Part shown: one piece after another, positions 13,205 through 29,203 of the stretch
Position numbering within the stretch: the stretch's first letter is position 1
How the letters are laid out: each line of letters begins with the position of its first letter
NCBI GenBank assembly: GCA_951406725.2
Contig: OX597818.1
Coordinates: forward strand, 35,774,001 to 35,838,000
Direction of reading: 5' to 3'
Source of the DNA: Octopus vulgaris
Lineage: Eukaryota
DNA length: 64,000 nucleotides
Program-made: the position numbers and the translations under genes
The notes under the pieces: generated by a model
Seen by the model: the letters and a program-made list of their open reading frames with translations, nothing else
The model's database searches: none
What the model was told of the DNA's origin: nothing

Positions 13205-13413
13205 ATTTTACTCTTTTACTTGTTTCATTCATTTGACTGTGGCCATGCTGGAGCACCGCCTTTAGTCGAGCAAGTCGACCACAGGACTTATTCTTTGTAA
13301 GCCTAGTATTTATTCTACCGGTGTCTTTTGCCGAACCGCTAAGCGACGGGGACGTAAACACACCAGGATCGGTTGTCAAGTGATGTTGGGGACAAACACA
13401 GACACAAACATAC

Positions 13414-13447
<34 letters not shown>

Positions 13448-13575
13448 GACGGGCTTCTTTCAGTTTCCGTCTACCAAATCCACTCACAAGGCTTAGGTCG
13501 GCCCGAGCCTGTAGTAGAAGACACATGCCCAAGGTGCCACGCAGTGGGACTGAACCCGGAACCATGTAGTTGGCT
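13205..13575 (-). mobile_element. SINE family A with internal (CA)n
   Basis: TTTTACTTGTTTCA...GGCCATGCTGGAGCACCGCC...GCCGAACCGCTAAG...GCAGTGGGACTGAACCCGGAACC. Confidence 0.88.
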
Positions 13576-14341
13576 AAACTGACAACATAACCATCCCCAT
13601 ATATGCATATGTATGTATATATTTATACATGTGTGTGTGCGTGCATATATGTATATACATACATATATATATAAATATACATATACATATATGCATGTAT
13701 TTGTGATGTATATTATGTATGTTTGAATATGGTGACATTTTTGTGCTTATGTGCGTGTGTGAGCATGTGTGTGCGTGTGTGTGTGTTCATGCTTTTCCGA
13801 GCGTAAGAAAAAAACGTGTTTGTACCTACTATGAAGAAAAGTCCGGCTTTCGATTTTCAGTCTTTCAGAAAAGATGCCCCTTTATTTTTTTAATCTTTCG
13901 CCGACGCAATATTGTTTACGTTCGCCAGTTAATTTAAACAAAACTTTTGAGGAGCTTGAAATAGCGCCAAAAATGATTTCCTGACGCCAAAGATTCCTAT
14001 TCACAAAGGAAATATTCAGCTCTTTGTTCCCATGGATCTCATTCTAAGAACATTATTGGTTCTGTTTCATCTTCACATATGAATAAGTGATAACGTCGTT
14101 CTTTATGATAGCTGTAGCTAGACTTAATCGTACTCCGCTAACACTTATGCGAGACTTTAAACTGCAAATTACTTCTGCCTGTATGTCTACCGTATAGTTA
14201 TTTCACGAATTTTATTTGTGATTCAGAAACTAATGTGTAATTTTAGGTCCAGCGGTTCAGTCCTGTGAGACTTTCTTCTAAGATTTGCGGTAAAATATTG
14301 TTTACAAATATATTGAAATGTAATTTGTAATGCAAGTTGCA

Positions 14342-14725
<384 letters not shown>

Positions 14726-14999
14726 CCTGCGGTCCTTGTGACTTGACAGGCAATACAAATCCCCGGCAGACAAAATATCTCCAATTAACAACATCACGAT
14801 ATTGGATACTGTACGACGTCTTAAATAACAACAACAACAACGGCAAAAATAATAATGACAATGAGTCCGCAACGAATATCTATCATGGATGTGTATGATC
14901 AAGCTCCATGCGAGGAAAGATTAAATCTAAAGATCATCATCAAACTAGGTATAAGAAATTGCTAAAATAAGGGAAGAAAATTATATTTTAATATAAGGA

Positions 15000-15262
15000 A
15001 GCCGAAAGATTTGTTATTACGAGGTACTAGAGTAACAGTGCGATATAGGGAAAACAAAGAGACATATTTAGTTAAAAACCAGAAAAATGGAAGCAAGTTT
15101 ATTTGAGTGACAAGATAAGGCTTTGCATGGTGGAGTTCGAAAGGTAAGTGCAGAAAACAGTAATAATGGGTGATGGTTGTGGTTGCGGAAAGGACGGCTG
15201 AAATGGGGGACAGAACGTTTGTTGGTGGCAGCGCAGGATCAAGCATAGAGGACTAATAACCT
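15000..15262 (+). pseudogene. R4/Dong-like LINE post-RT fragment
   Basis: Translates to LHG... WLRKGRLKWGTERLLVAAQDQA.RTN, the WL..G.LK.ETE.L..AAQDQAL motif of this LINE group. Confidence 0.7.
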
Positions 15263-16662
15263 CTAGTCACGTGTACTAAAGATCTGAATTGAATCGAAGA
15301 ATGATTAAGACTCACCCATACACTGAATATTCTGGACACCAGATTTGTTTCCAGCTTCATCGTGTTTTCATCTTCATCACTGTACTTGGCAATTGATGGT
15401 CTAAATTTAATTTAATGAAGATAATGACATGTAACACAGAATTTATGATTTAAATAATTTTACTCTTAAAGAAAATTAGGTAATTATCGTATATAGTTAA
15501 ATTTGTTGTTACATTGAAAGTGTGATTGAAATAAGCCGAGGCGGCTTTCTTATTGGGTGACCTTATTGATCAATGCACTTATCTTTGGTAAACATATAAA
15601 TGCAAATGATTTACCTCATCTACTCTTCATCTCTTAAGAAAATATATTTCCATTATCTTACTTCTAAATCGATCTGTCTGACAAAAAGTCAACTAAAATT
15701 CTCGCATATTTTTATATTTAATTTTACACAAAATTGATATGTTGGTGGTATTACTAGAATATTCTAATTAAATTTTCAGTGATGCCATCACCCTGAATTA
15801 ACCCTTATTGCTACAACACTAGCAACAGTAACAGCAACACAAACAAGAACAGCAAGGGAAAAAATGTCAATAATATTGTTATAAAAACAACATGAGCATG
15901 AATATTGCAATCACCATCCTCCTATTCATGATCATAAACAACCAAAAAACAATAGCAGCACTAATGAAAAACAATGATGTGCAACCAAAAACGCACATAG
16001 AGATACACACACGCATATACACACATGCATACGCATGTTTATATGGAGAGAATTGTAAGGAAATTTGCTGTTATGTTTTATAAAAAAATGAACATTAAAA
16101 ACAACATAACGAGAAGAAGTATAATTAATTCGGAAACATCAAAGATTTTTTCTTATATCGTTATTTTTCTCTATCAATATAGAAGGCTTTGTTTTCTTAC
16201 CGTTTTTTTTTTGTTTGTTTCTTTGTTTCTTAGTTTTGTTCTTTCTGTTTGAAATGACTTCGTGTCTATATTAAAAATCTTAGTTTATTAATAATCCCGA
16301 AATATTAACATGGGCAGAGTTTGGAGAGAAGAGAAAAAAAAGCAAAATATATTTGTCAACTTTTATTTAAGCTATTTATTATTTTTTTTTTTTGTATTAT
16401 GACAAGAAAAAATATAAGATGAAATATTATTGAAGTAATGCATACAAGTAAGAACAACATCTAATAGTAGCCATACTTGGTGTAATGGAAACCGTTATGA
16501 TCACGATATTCCCCCAACTGATTGGTCTTTACCTTGTTTTTGTTTGCTAGTAGACATACGTACTAATACACGTTTGGTATGTATATGTATGCGTGTGTGT
16601 TTATGTATAAAACTATATAGCAACATATGTATATGCATGTGCCAGTCTCTTGGTATGTGAGA

Positions 16663-16701
<39 letters not shown>

Positions 16702-16759
16702 CACATCTATCTATCTATCTATATATATATATATATATATCTATCTAACGATATATATA

Positions 16760-16813
<54 letters not shown>

Positions 16814-17250
16814 TATACACACATATATATATATATACACTTATATACATATATAGGTACAAATGCACACAGACGCACATACACACGCGCACACGCACAC
16901 ACATGCGTACAAATATAAAACATCGCTATTGTTAAGTGAATTAACCTCAAATAAATTATGCATACTTTGTGGAGCTCAAAGTGATAAAGGTTAAAGTCAA
17001 CATTGACAGTAACTGAAGTGAGAATATGAAAGGATGCAATAAGATCCCTACTCTACTAGTACTACACGCTCACTGCTACACATATCCTTGCGCAACAATG
17101 TTGGCCATTATGAAAAAAAAAACCAAAAACAAAAAGAGATTTGCACATCATTGTTTCAAATCTGAGCATAAGGCCAGCAGTTTCAGTTTCAGCAGGAGTG
17201 GCTTAGTCGATAAAATCGATCCCAGTTGTTAACTGGTATCTCCTATTATT

Positions 17251-17463
17251 CTTTCCTACTCTCGGCACAAGGCCCGAAATTTTGGGGGAGAGGGCAAGTC
17301 GATTAGATCGACACCAGCACGTAACTGGTACTTAATTTATCGACCCTGAAATGATGAAAGACAAAGTCAACCTCGGTGGAATTTGAACTCAGAAGGTAAA
17401 GGCAGACGAAATACTGCTAAGCATTTCGCCCGCGTGCTAACGTTTCTGCCAGCTCCCTGCCTT
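17251..17463 (-). mobile_element. SINE family B with 15-bp target-site duplication
   Basis: GTATCTCCTATTATT at 17236-17250 and again at 17464-17478. Confidence 0.9.
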
Positions 17464-17499
17464 GTATCTCCTATTATTGACTTTTAAATGATGAAAGCA

Positions 17500-19047
<1,548 letters not shown>

Positions 19048-20990
19048 TATTATACACATCATACTATGATTAGGTGATAGAAATTATCTGGGGTGTCATA
19101 TTTTCATAATATACCCTCTAGTGTAGTAAATTATATTTTGTATATAATATTGCCCTCTTATGACCCCTACAAGCATAGTCTGCATTCATCCTATACGTTG
19201 ATTGCACTGATTTTCTTTCAGCTCTAAAACTTTCTCCCCTATCAATCACGATAGGTATATTTACAATGAATTACCAGATCTTATGCCTCCCTTAAGGATA
19301 CTCTATACCCACTAGGAACTATATGATTCTACATACCTCAGTGCCTGTAATATTACATCTTACAAATATTTTATAAAACCGCATCCAATGGTATCCTTAT
19401 CTTTATTTTTCAATCTGTTTTTGTTTAGAATACCTCGACTAATCCTTATTATTTATTATCTAAAATTATTTTTATTTTTTATCTCTTTTTATAACTAGTA
19501 TGTATCTTATGGCTTCCACAATGTAAAATTTTTATCTTCATGTCTATTTTTCCATTTTATAAATCCTTTATTGAAATTTTATATATACGTATATCTTCAT
19601 TTTTATTATTTTATTTCTTAGTTTATTTTAGTTATTTTTAAATATTGTATTATATTATTATATTTTGTGTTTTGTGTACCTGTTTACACTCGTATATACT
19701 TGTGTAACATTCTATGAATTTTGAAGGGGCTGTAACTTCTCTCTGTAGTTGATCATGGTATAATATAATCCAATATGGTATTTATATTTATTTATATTTA
19801 TTTATAATTATTTATTATAATTATAATTTTTTTTTTAATATCTTTTATATATTCACATTTATATAGTCACATATATATATGAAAATGTTTTCTATATATA
19901 TATGTGATATTTTTATACCTTCTTATACCCTTTAAGATTTTTTCATAATGTTGGAATTTTTCTTGTATAATCATATTTTTTCCAAGCTATTTTAAATAAG
20001 TTCATCTGTTATAGAATTGATCATCTTATTTTTTGCCCCTAATCTTTGGTTTTTAGTCAATAGAAAATGGGTAACCCTTCTCGGATGAAATCTGATGAAG
20101 CATTATGAGGTTTCTTTTTTATATAAAGTATTCTACTTTTTAGGGCTTAGATTGGTTTATCTATCCCTCTTCTCTTACTTGGTCTTTAAATCACTTTCTA
20201 AATATTATTATTCACATTTTATTATTTAATATGCAAAATATTATAATATATAAATTTTGCTAAATTTGGATATATTATTTTCCCCGTTCCCTCAATGCTC
20301 ACTTATATCTCGTTGTGACCTCCTTTGTTTTCTAGTTTAACTGATGATAATAATAAAATAGTTTAAAGCACATCTACCATTCCTCTTTCTAGTTATATAC
20401 CATTATCTTGCTGGCATCTTTCGAGGCATGTTCCTTTATGTAATCATGGCGAATTTATAGTCACAGTAAAATAGGGATAGGGAAGAATATCTGACATTAA
20501 TTAATTTATCACCAGTAGCAAGAGTTTAACTGACAATTCCCAGTGGTGTTAATTCTAAGAGGATGTAGAATACTAGCTGCATTGGGTCATTTGATTTTGG
20601 TAAGAAGAAAGATGAATGTAGCTATATTAGCATTTCTTGACGCATATTCTTATTCTCTTCTGCCGCTCCAAATTATAGTAGGCTTGTGATATTTTCTCTC
20701 TAAGTTCATTCTGTTACAATAATAGCAATAAACATGTAATTCTTTTATTCTCTAGTTATGATGAAAAATTACAAAAAAATTATAACGGAGTATCCTGTAT
20801 GTTGAAAACCTATATGGTCTTATGCATTGATCGATTAAATGGAGCCGCTTGAAACAGCCGTAATGAGCTAATACCTGGACATCCTTGTTACTTATTTGCT
20901 TTCTATTCACCTAACTTCGAGCTGTGCGGACAATACCAGACTGACTTGTTGCCTCAACTTAAGTCCCGAATTCAACTGAATCTTAATTAT
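19048..20990 (+). mobile_element. Probable long AT-rich 3' region/pLTR of the Penelope-like element, with a decayed hammerhead-like motif at ~20753-20870
   Basis: Continues directly from the EN stop codon. Contains TAGTT-ATGATGA...GAAACAGCCGTA-atg-AGCTA. The right boundary is approximate. Confidence 0.5.
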
Positions 20991-21009
20991 TTCTTTCATA
21001 TATATATAT

Positions 21010-21073
<64 letters not shown>

Positions 21074-21374
21074 ACAATTTAATAAATAAAACACATGCAT
21101 ACATACATATATGCACATACCTACCTCTATATGTATATATACATGCATATATGAGTACAGGACACCACAAATAAACGTAGAACACAACGAGAAACAAAGG
21201 CATAAAACCAAACAAGGAAACGGACTTTTTTTTAACAACGAAAAAACAGAGTACAAGACAAACAACACAAGGAATATTCCCCTTCTTCAGCTGCCCCTGA
21301 TTCGACTCAATGCGTGTTTATGCATATGTTTTATTTATTAAATTGTTATTATATGATTGAACGCACGTAAGTTT

Positions 21375-21459
<85 letters not shown>

Positions 21460-21460
<1 letters not shown>

Positions 21461-22070
21461 TGTCCAAATGCTGTCTAGTTCTTCTCCCCCATAAGCTTAA
21501 AAACTATGACATCGAGGAAATGACGGCATATATTGCTGATAAAGAACACAAACTGACGAAGGACCAACTGGGTGTTTATAACACCATTATTTGGAGCGTT
21601 GAAAATGAAAGAAGGAGTCTGGATGCTCCGGCTGGAACTGGCAAAACATTTGTTATCAACTTTCTTTTGGCTAAACTGCGCCAAATGAAACACATCGCCA
21701 TAGCATCGGCGTCAAGTGGAATAGCTGCAACTCTACTAAGTGGTGACCACACAGCTCATTCCTGTTTCAAACTCACTTTGGACCTGTCCAAGAAAGAGAA
21801 GGCAAAGTTCAGTAGCAGTCGTGATTCTATAAAAGCAAACTTCTGGGCGAATACAGGTTGACCATCTGGGATGAAGCAACAATGAGCCATAAGGTTTCCT
21901 TTGAAGCTTTTGACATGACCATTCAGGATGTGAGACACAACACCAAGCACATAGGAGGTGCCACAGTCTTGCTTGTAGAAGACTTAAGAAAACCCTTTCC
22001 GTGGTTCTAAAGGGGACAGAGCTGGTGAAGTAAATTCCAGCATAAGATCGTCCTACCTATGAAGCAGAGG
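21460..22070 (+). pseudogene. Helitron RepHel PIF1-type helicase fragment (motifs I-III)
   Basis: LDAPAGTGKTFVINFLLA (Walker A), ASSGIAATLLSGDHTAHSCFKL, and a frameshifted IWDEATMSHK (Walker B). A possible Helitron 3' end CTAG|T lies at 22597-22601. Confidence 0.88.
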
Positions 22071-23138
22071 GCACAATAAAATGATAAAGTACCTATAGAA
22101 AAGATATAACATTTATAAATTGTATAAGATATCAGTAGGAATGCGTATATATATATGCATACAAGTGTATATATCTGCTTCAAGGAGGTGCCCCAGCATG
22201 GCTGCTGTCCTATAACGGAAACGAATAAAAGAAAATATATATGTGTGTTTGTACGTATATATATATATGCATAAAAAAATATATATCTGCTGCTTTCACA
22301 TGCAAATATTCTGAAACCATCATTAACTACGAATTCTACCGTCTACCTTATACTTTACTTCATTCATATAACGCTGAATTGTCGGTATAAATTATTTAGT
22401 AAAAATATTCTTTTTTTTCTGTACAAACAAATAAACATTATTCTGCGTTCGTTATTACATCTGTAATTTTCTGCGAGACTATTCTTTTACTTAAGAAACT
22501 CAGCAACTCTAAAAAATGCCCAGAATTTTTGTTGGGCAAGCGAAAATAAAAATATCAATAATGGCCGAATATAATTTTTGCTGCACTGCGCATTTGCTAG
22601 TACATAAGCTCTTTAACATTCCATATATTAAATATGCATTCACAGAATTGACTACAGCAAGTCGTTTGATGACGAAGCAATTTTTAACAATATGAAATGC
22701 ACCACAACTTTAAGTTTTGATTTCTAAATATAAATCCAAATTATTGATATGTAGATAAATCAGTTACAGTTAAACATCGAGTCACGCAATTCGTCAATAA
22801 TGTGAACAAGAAAATAGTTAATGTGTGAGTTACTGACAAATTGGGAAATGTTTTGATCATTATAAGTACAAGGGTTAAGATCTTTATATCACAACCTCAT
22901 GGCCTCTAATCTTATTCGACTGCGAGGTATCTGGGACAGGTGACTTGAGTTATAGCTTCTGGTCAACCAATGCCTTTTAAGTGAAACTGTAATTCAAATT
23001 GGTGGATACAAAATATGAGGCATTCCGTCTTATGTGCGTATGTATGTATGTATGTATGTATGTATGTATGTATGTATGTATGTATGTATGTATGTATGTT
23101 TGTATGTATGTATGTATGTATGTATGTATGTATGTATG

Positions 23139-23194
<56 letters not shown>

Positions 23195-23232
23195 TAACAA
23201 AGTGGAGTTGTAAGGTACCGCACGAGTGGAAT

Positions 23233-23908
23233 TATATATGAAAGAAGGTTTGAAAATGCAATTTTAAAAGATGTTTATTTACTTGACCGGTTTCACTTTT
23301 TTAGAAAAAGATTGTCAAAAGTAGCATGTAAAAGCTTGGTTGTGTTACGTACTGGTTGTCACGAAATATTACAATATATATATATATACATTCTTTGATA
23401 ATAATAAGAATATGTTAAAAACAGTTTACAAGGGAAAATCTTGGGAAAATATAAACAAGTTTAACAAGTTTTTTACGATAATATAGTGAATCAGGTCAGT
23501 TAAATCTACCCTACTACTAAAATGCAACCTTTTTGAACTTATGATTTTCTGTGTATATATATACAGATACAATACCAATATTTCTCTGAACTTTTTAATA
23601 GTTCTTTTTTTAACATTTTCTTAAAAATGTATATATATATATTGTAATCTTTTGTGCCCAATATTTTAATGAACTTGTTAAACTTTTTTATATTTTCCCA
23701 AGATTTTCTCTTGTAAACTGTTTTTAACATGTTCTTATTATTATCAAAGAATGTATATATATATATATGTAATATTTCGTGACAACCAGTACCTAACACA
23801 ACCAAGCTTTTACATGTTACTTTTGTTAATCCTTTTCTAAAAAAGTGAAACCGGTAAAGTAAATAAACATCTTTTAAAATTGCATTTTCAAACCTTCTTT
23901 CATATATA
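23233..23908. repeat. Fold-back element: ~237-bp inverted arms (23233-23470, 23672-23908), each with a decayed hammerhead motif
   Basis: Arms are reverse complements. The left arm on the minus strand reads TACTT-TTGACAA-tctttttctaaaaaagt-GAAA-CCGG-TC-AAGTA. Confidence 0.85.
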
Positions 23909-24967
23909 TATACATACAATATGCGACAAGAACGCAAAACATCCAGACAGTAAGGTGATACAAAAAAGGGACAACAAAAGATCCAGATAGACGATACAAA
24001 GAAAACAAGGACGGGTCATTTGGTGCTTTCACCCAAATATATATACTTTTATAGATATTTGTGTGTGGATGCGTGAGTATTTCCACATGCAAAGAGGACG
24101 ATCATAAGGATAGCCAAAGAAAACATAAATGAAAATTGTTTTTCTAAGTTGCAACAGTAAACATCGGCAAACTGCCATTTTATCAATTGCTAAAACCAGG
24201 TACGAGGCATCCTAGAAGCAGTCCCTTTAAATATGCATTGCTTAACTCGGAATACATTTTCATTGTTGTATGTTTTAACAAGATGACCTAATTTGTTCCT
24301 TCGTGGTAATTGGCCAAATTGGAAGTGCACCTAATCTATGAATCAATAACCATTTGATTCTTAGCCATAATTTTCATACTTAAAATATAAAAACAAAAAA
24401 AAAGTCTTCCTCTTACCCGAAGAACTGAGGACAAAAATAATAATCATATGGTAAAATAACTTAAGAGGTGTAAATTACGGAAAAGGACAGGTGAGATATA
24501 TTTTACAATAAGCAATAACTCTAATTGTACTGAATAAGTAGATAAAACATTTTATTAGACAGGTAGTCTTTGATTCGACGTATTATAAATCGTTATTTGT
24601 GATAGCGTGTGGTGCATAATTAAAGCACCATACTCTAAGAAATTAAATGTTATTAACGCAATGGGATACAAACCTGTATTTATGTGATTTACTTGTCTTA
24701 AACAACAACTACTGGGATCCGTGATTACTTCACGGAATTAATTGTAAACCTATCGTTGCGTCTGTATCAAAAGATAGTCGCCCATCTGCTATTCATTGAA
24801 AAGTGAAGGAAATTGGAATACGATGATTACTAATGCATTTTATTTATTTACATTATATACCTTTTGCACAATTTTATAGACTTAATACACTGCACTCATA
24901 AATTAAATTATTTACTCTTATTTTACCATTTCGCCCATAAGCAGAAAAAATTACATTCTAAAATTTA

Positions 24968-25280
24968 CAGGCGCAGGAGTGGCTGTGTGGTAAGTAGCTC
25001 GTTTAAGAAACCCGATGTATATATGTGTGTATATATATATATATGTATGTATGTATGTGTGTATGGTTTTGCGTCTGTGTTTGTTCCCTCCCCCCAACAT
25101 CGTTTGACAACCAATGGTGGTGTGTTTACGTCTCCGTAACTTAGCGGTTCGGCAAAAGAGATTGATAGAATAAGTACTAGGCCTCCAAAGAATAATTCCT
25201 GGGATCGATTGGCCAAAGGCGGTGCTCCAGCATGGTCGCAGTCAAATGATTGAAAGAAGAAAAAGAGAGAGAGAAAGAGA
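24968..25280 (+). mobile_element. SINE family A, internally deleted
   Basis: GGCGCAGGAGTGGCTGTGTGGTAAGTAGC head plus TTAGCGGTTCGGCAAAAGAG...GGTGCTCCAGCATGG tail. Confidence 0.85.
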
Positions 25281-25462
25281 AAATGGTCACAGATACATAT
25301 CTATAAGACAACAATTTTATAGTAAAAAGAAGTTATTTTAATTTGTAAATATAGGGGCCACAATTTCACGGGGGTAAAGATTTAATGCAACATGGCATAC
25401 TCCGAAAACCATACCGTTGGTAACTTATAAGCTAAAGCGATGTATCAGAGCCAATACATATT

Positions 25463-25753
25463 TCAATTTGCGTACACCTTCCGATCCAGTACTTCTTTGC
25501 AGATTATGTACTTCATGTAAGTTCTCCTTCTCCTTTTTCCTCGTTTGTCAGTGTTGATAACTCGCACATCAAATAATTTGTGAGCCCTTGACAATACAAC
25601 ATATAGCTGACCATGGCCGAAAACAGGCTCAGGTAGGAACAGCCCTAATTTATCAAATGTCTGCCCTTGTGATTTATTGATAGTCATTGTGTGTGACAGG
25701 CGAACGGGAAACTGGTCTCTTTCTAAAGTGAATGGCAAGTTTGGGATGCTCAT
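25463..25753 (-). pseudogene. Helitron PIF1 helicase C-terminal fragment (motifs V-VI)
   Basis: [43 protein letters not shown]. Confidence 0.9.
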
Positions 25754-27155
25754 GCATTGACGGATAGGTGATATAAAAACTTAGTTAATTTTTTTTAAAA
25801 TTACTTTTAACTACTAACAGTCATCACCTCCACCACCACCACCGCCGACGCCGCTGCCGCCACGACCACCACGACCACCACGACCACCACAACCACCATC
25901 ATCATCATCATTTCTCTCTCCCTATCTGCCTTTCTTTAATCTCACCATCAGAACATCACCCCTCTGCTAAAATTATATTCTTACTCTACTTATATCAATA
26001 CTTTCAACTAACTTCTTTACCCATGTAATAAATATTACGTTCCCCTTACCACATATCATGACCGCTTCCCTCTATCTTTTTCTTTCTCTCTCTTTCTGCC
26101 TCATTCTTCGCTTTATCCTCTTTTTCTCTCTCCTTTTTCCTTCTCTTGTTCTCTCTTTCCTTCAGCTAATCACGTGAAAACGTTAAAATTACGTCCCTCT
26201 ACCTCACGTCATGGACGCTTCCCTCATTCTCTTTTTTCTCTCTTCCTACTTTGTTTTGTCCCTCTTTTTCTCTAATCATGTGAAAGCGTTACCGACGGGC
26301 TAAATAACGTAATGACAAGCAGAATTATAAGATAATATGTAAGTGTGTGTGTGTGTGTGCGTGCGTGTGTGTGTGTGCGTGCGCATATATACATATGTCT
26401 GGGTTTTTTTTTCGCTGGTGAAACAGTATTGCAAATGGATGTATGTGTAGAGCATATACATCCTGCTATTAAATAGCACCACTGTGATATATAATAATAC
26501 AACTAGACCCTGTCGTTTACAGTAATGACATGCATCAATAAGCTGCTGCCATCTGCAAGCGGAAGCGTCTTCCTCTGCCACCATAAAATTCTACGAACCA
26601 TGTAATGCAGTTTAATCAAACGTATGTAAAAGTAATGTTAGTTCTTATTTCTTTCATTTTCTGTTTCAATGTTTCGGTATGTATTTCTAGCGCTTTATTC
26701 TGTATATTCATCTTTGTTAATTTTATTTTGTATAAGTTAATATCATTTGTGTCCAAACTCTAATGTATTTTACGTGTAGTTTCGTAGGGTTTAAAATTCA
26801 AATTGAAAACGATTAACGTTCATTATTTCCTTGCTTGAAATGAATAGACAAGTAGGTTACTGAAAAAAAAAGGATTGTTACGTATTAATTTAGAGACTTA
26901 TAAGCGTTCATTTTGTTTCTGTGAAGAAATTGTTAGCCTTGTTTTTGAAAAGCCATTGAAAAGTTATTGGAAGTGCATCTAGCCATTCAATAAGTGTTTT
27001 ATGCCCAAGTGCCTTTTATGTAAACCATTATTTTAGAATTAAAACTTATCTACTTGCTTCAGTAAGAAAACTATTCTCAAAAATAGGTTAATCAAAACTG
27101 TTTCACTTTTTACATTTTATATAAAAAGAGAAATATTTTTGATGAATCCAAATTG

Positions 27156-27221
<66 letters not shown>

Positions 27222-27229
27222 ATAGCAAA

Positions 27230-27385
27230 TCCCCCAAAAGTAAAATAAACAACAACACGAGGACGTGGTACATGTAAAGTATTAGCAGACGCTCAAGTAA
27301 GGAAAGAAAGGTGGTTTAACGTTTCGAGCAACGCTTTTCTTCATATAGAAAGGAAGACGGAGGAAGAAAGTCGCCGACGATTGAC
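27230..27385 (-). mobile_element. Small repeat with decayed hammerhead-like core (related to 63680-63870)
   Basis: Minus strand ATGAAGA-A-AAGC-GTT-GCTC-GAAA-CGT-TA at ~27316-27345. Confidence 0.5.
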
Positions 27386-27407
27386 ATGTGGTTACATTTT
27401 GAAATGT

Positions 27408-27446
<39 letters not shown>

Positions 27447-29091
27447 ATGTGTGTGTGTATGTGTGTATGTGTATTTCTCTGTGTGTGTCTGTGTGTCTGT
27501 GTGTATACATGCATATATGGATACAGGACATCACGAACGGTACAAATAACATGAAATATGTAAACAACGAGAAAAAATGGAAAACAGGACAAGTAAACAC
27601 AAAGAAAGGACTTCATCAGTTGTCGACTGTTTATTTACTCCTCATTTCGAGCATTCAACAATATGAGTCTTCAAAGACAGTTGCTCCCATAAATTCTAAA
27701 ATAAAATTCAGGATTTATGGAGGGTCAAAGATGGGAACAAAAATATGAGAGTGGAGGCATACAAGGAAACCAAACGAAAACAAACATGAAGGGTCGGTTG
27801 ACCAGAACGAAAGGAAAATAGTGAATGCTGGGAGAAACATCTTTTTGAAAAGAGAAAATATGGAAGAAAGAGAGAGAGAGAAGGGGAGCGAGAGACAAAA
27901 ACACGCCGGCTCTTTTGAATGCCGTGCCGGAAAAGAAAGATAGTCACGTGAGGAAAAGAAAGATGGACGATGGTCACATGTGAGCAACGAGAGAGAAAGA
28001 AAAGAAAAAGAGGTGAGAGAGACAGATAGAAAACGGTTAAGGTGTGAGGGGAGAAAAAGGGAATTAGAGAAATTTTATTTATTATAAATTTATGAAAATA
28101 CCGTTTATCTTTCGTTGACGAATCCTCCCCTGACCCCTTGTGTATCCCCTCTGTGTAACTTTTATAGTTAATAAAAAATCAATTCCTCTACCCTTCCTCC
28201 TCCTCATTATCATCATCATCATCAGCAGCAGCAGCAGTAGACAGCGCCTGCCCCGTACTAGCAGTAATCCGGTATAGATTTTACCTGAGCTATCAATAAA
28301 ACCCATAGCTAGTCAGTGCTGAAATCGGTGCGGGTCTCTGCTTATGATACATCTATAACCGTATTAACTAATATTGTCATTGTGTTTTTCATGTGTACGG
28401 CAGTAGAGTGCAAGTTGAAGAAGAACAGGGTACTATTTCTCGCTGGTCGAGCGAGGACATGTAGGCTCCTTCACTGCCCTATCATAGATAAGGTATTTCT
28501 TTAGTCGAAAACTGGATGGTAGCCATTTTTTCTTGGGTTGCTTTGCTGTGACATTGTACTTAATTTTCCTCCATTTTAGTCGCGTTATCATTTCTTTCAT
28601 CAAGGCTTGGTATAAAGCCAGGTATGTTTTTATTCATGTTCTAGTTATGATGCCTATTTAATTTTCTTTTTATCAGCTTTTGTTCTTTATTTTGTTTTCA
28701 TCTTTTTTATGTGAGTTCGTTTCGCTTCAGTGACGTAAGCCAAACGTATGAATAGCTTAGCTCTCGTCTTATGATTTTCTTAACGACAACTTAAAGCATT
28801 TATTGACTTTTTCATAAACAAACTTTCCTCAGCACTTTTAATGAAATATTTCGTGTATTTGTGTGAGCGCAAGCATTCAGCAGTGTGCATGTGAATTTGC
28901 ACTTATATGTTTCTGCGTGAGTGTGTATGTTATGTATATGTGTGTAAGCGTTGGTGTGTGTAAACGTACGTTTGTGTACATTTCAGCGGGTTCTTATATG
29001 TACAAGTATTCATGTTAGTATACATAAATATATAAGTATATGCCTATGTGTACATATACATAAATGTGTGTGCATGTGCGTGTGCACTTAC

Positions 29092-29133
<42 letters not shown>

Positions 29134-29156
29134 GTATGTGTATGTATGTATGTATG

Positions 29157-29203
<47 letters not shown>

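Noticed and set aside
20091-20350. Isolated CTGATGA heptamers at ~20092 and 20341, and similar ones near 21283 and 27612 on the minus strand
   Set aside because: No properly placed stem II plus GAAA and cleavage triplet, so they are not counted as hammerheads.
21460-21861. Host PIF1 helicase gene
   Set aside because: Intronless, frameshifted fragment starting abruptly after (TA)n, with a Helitron-type motif context.
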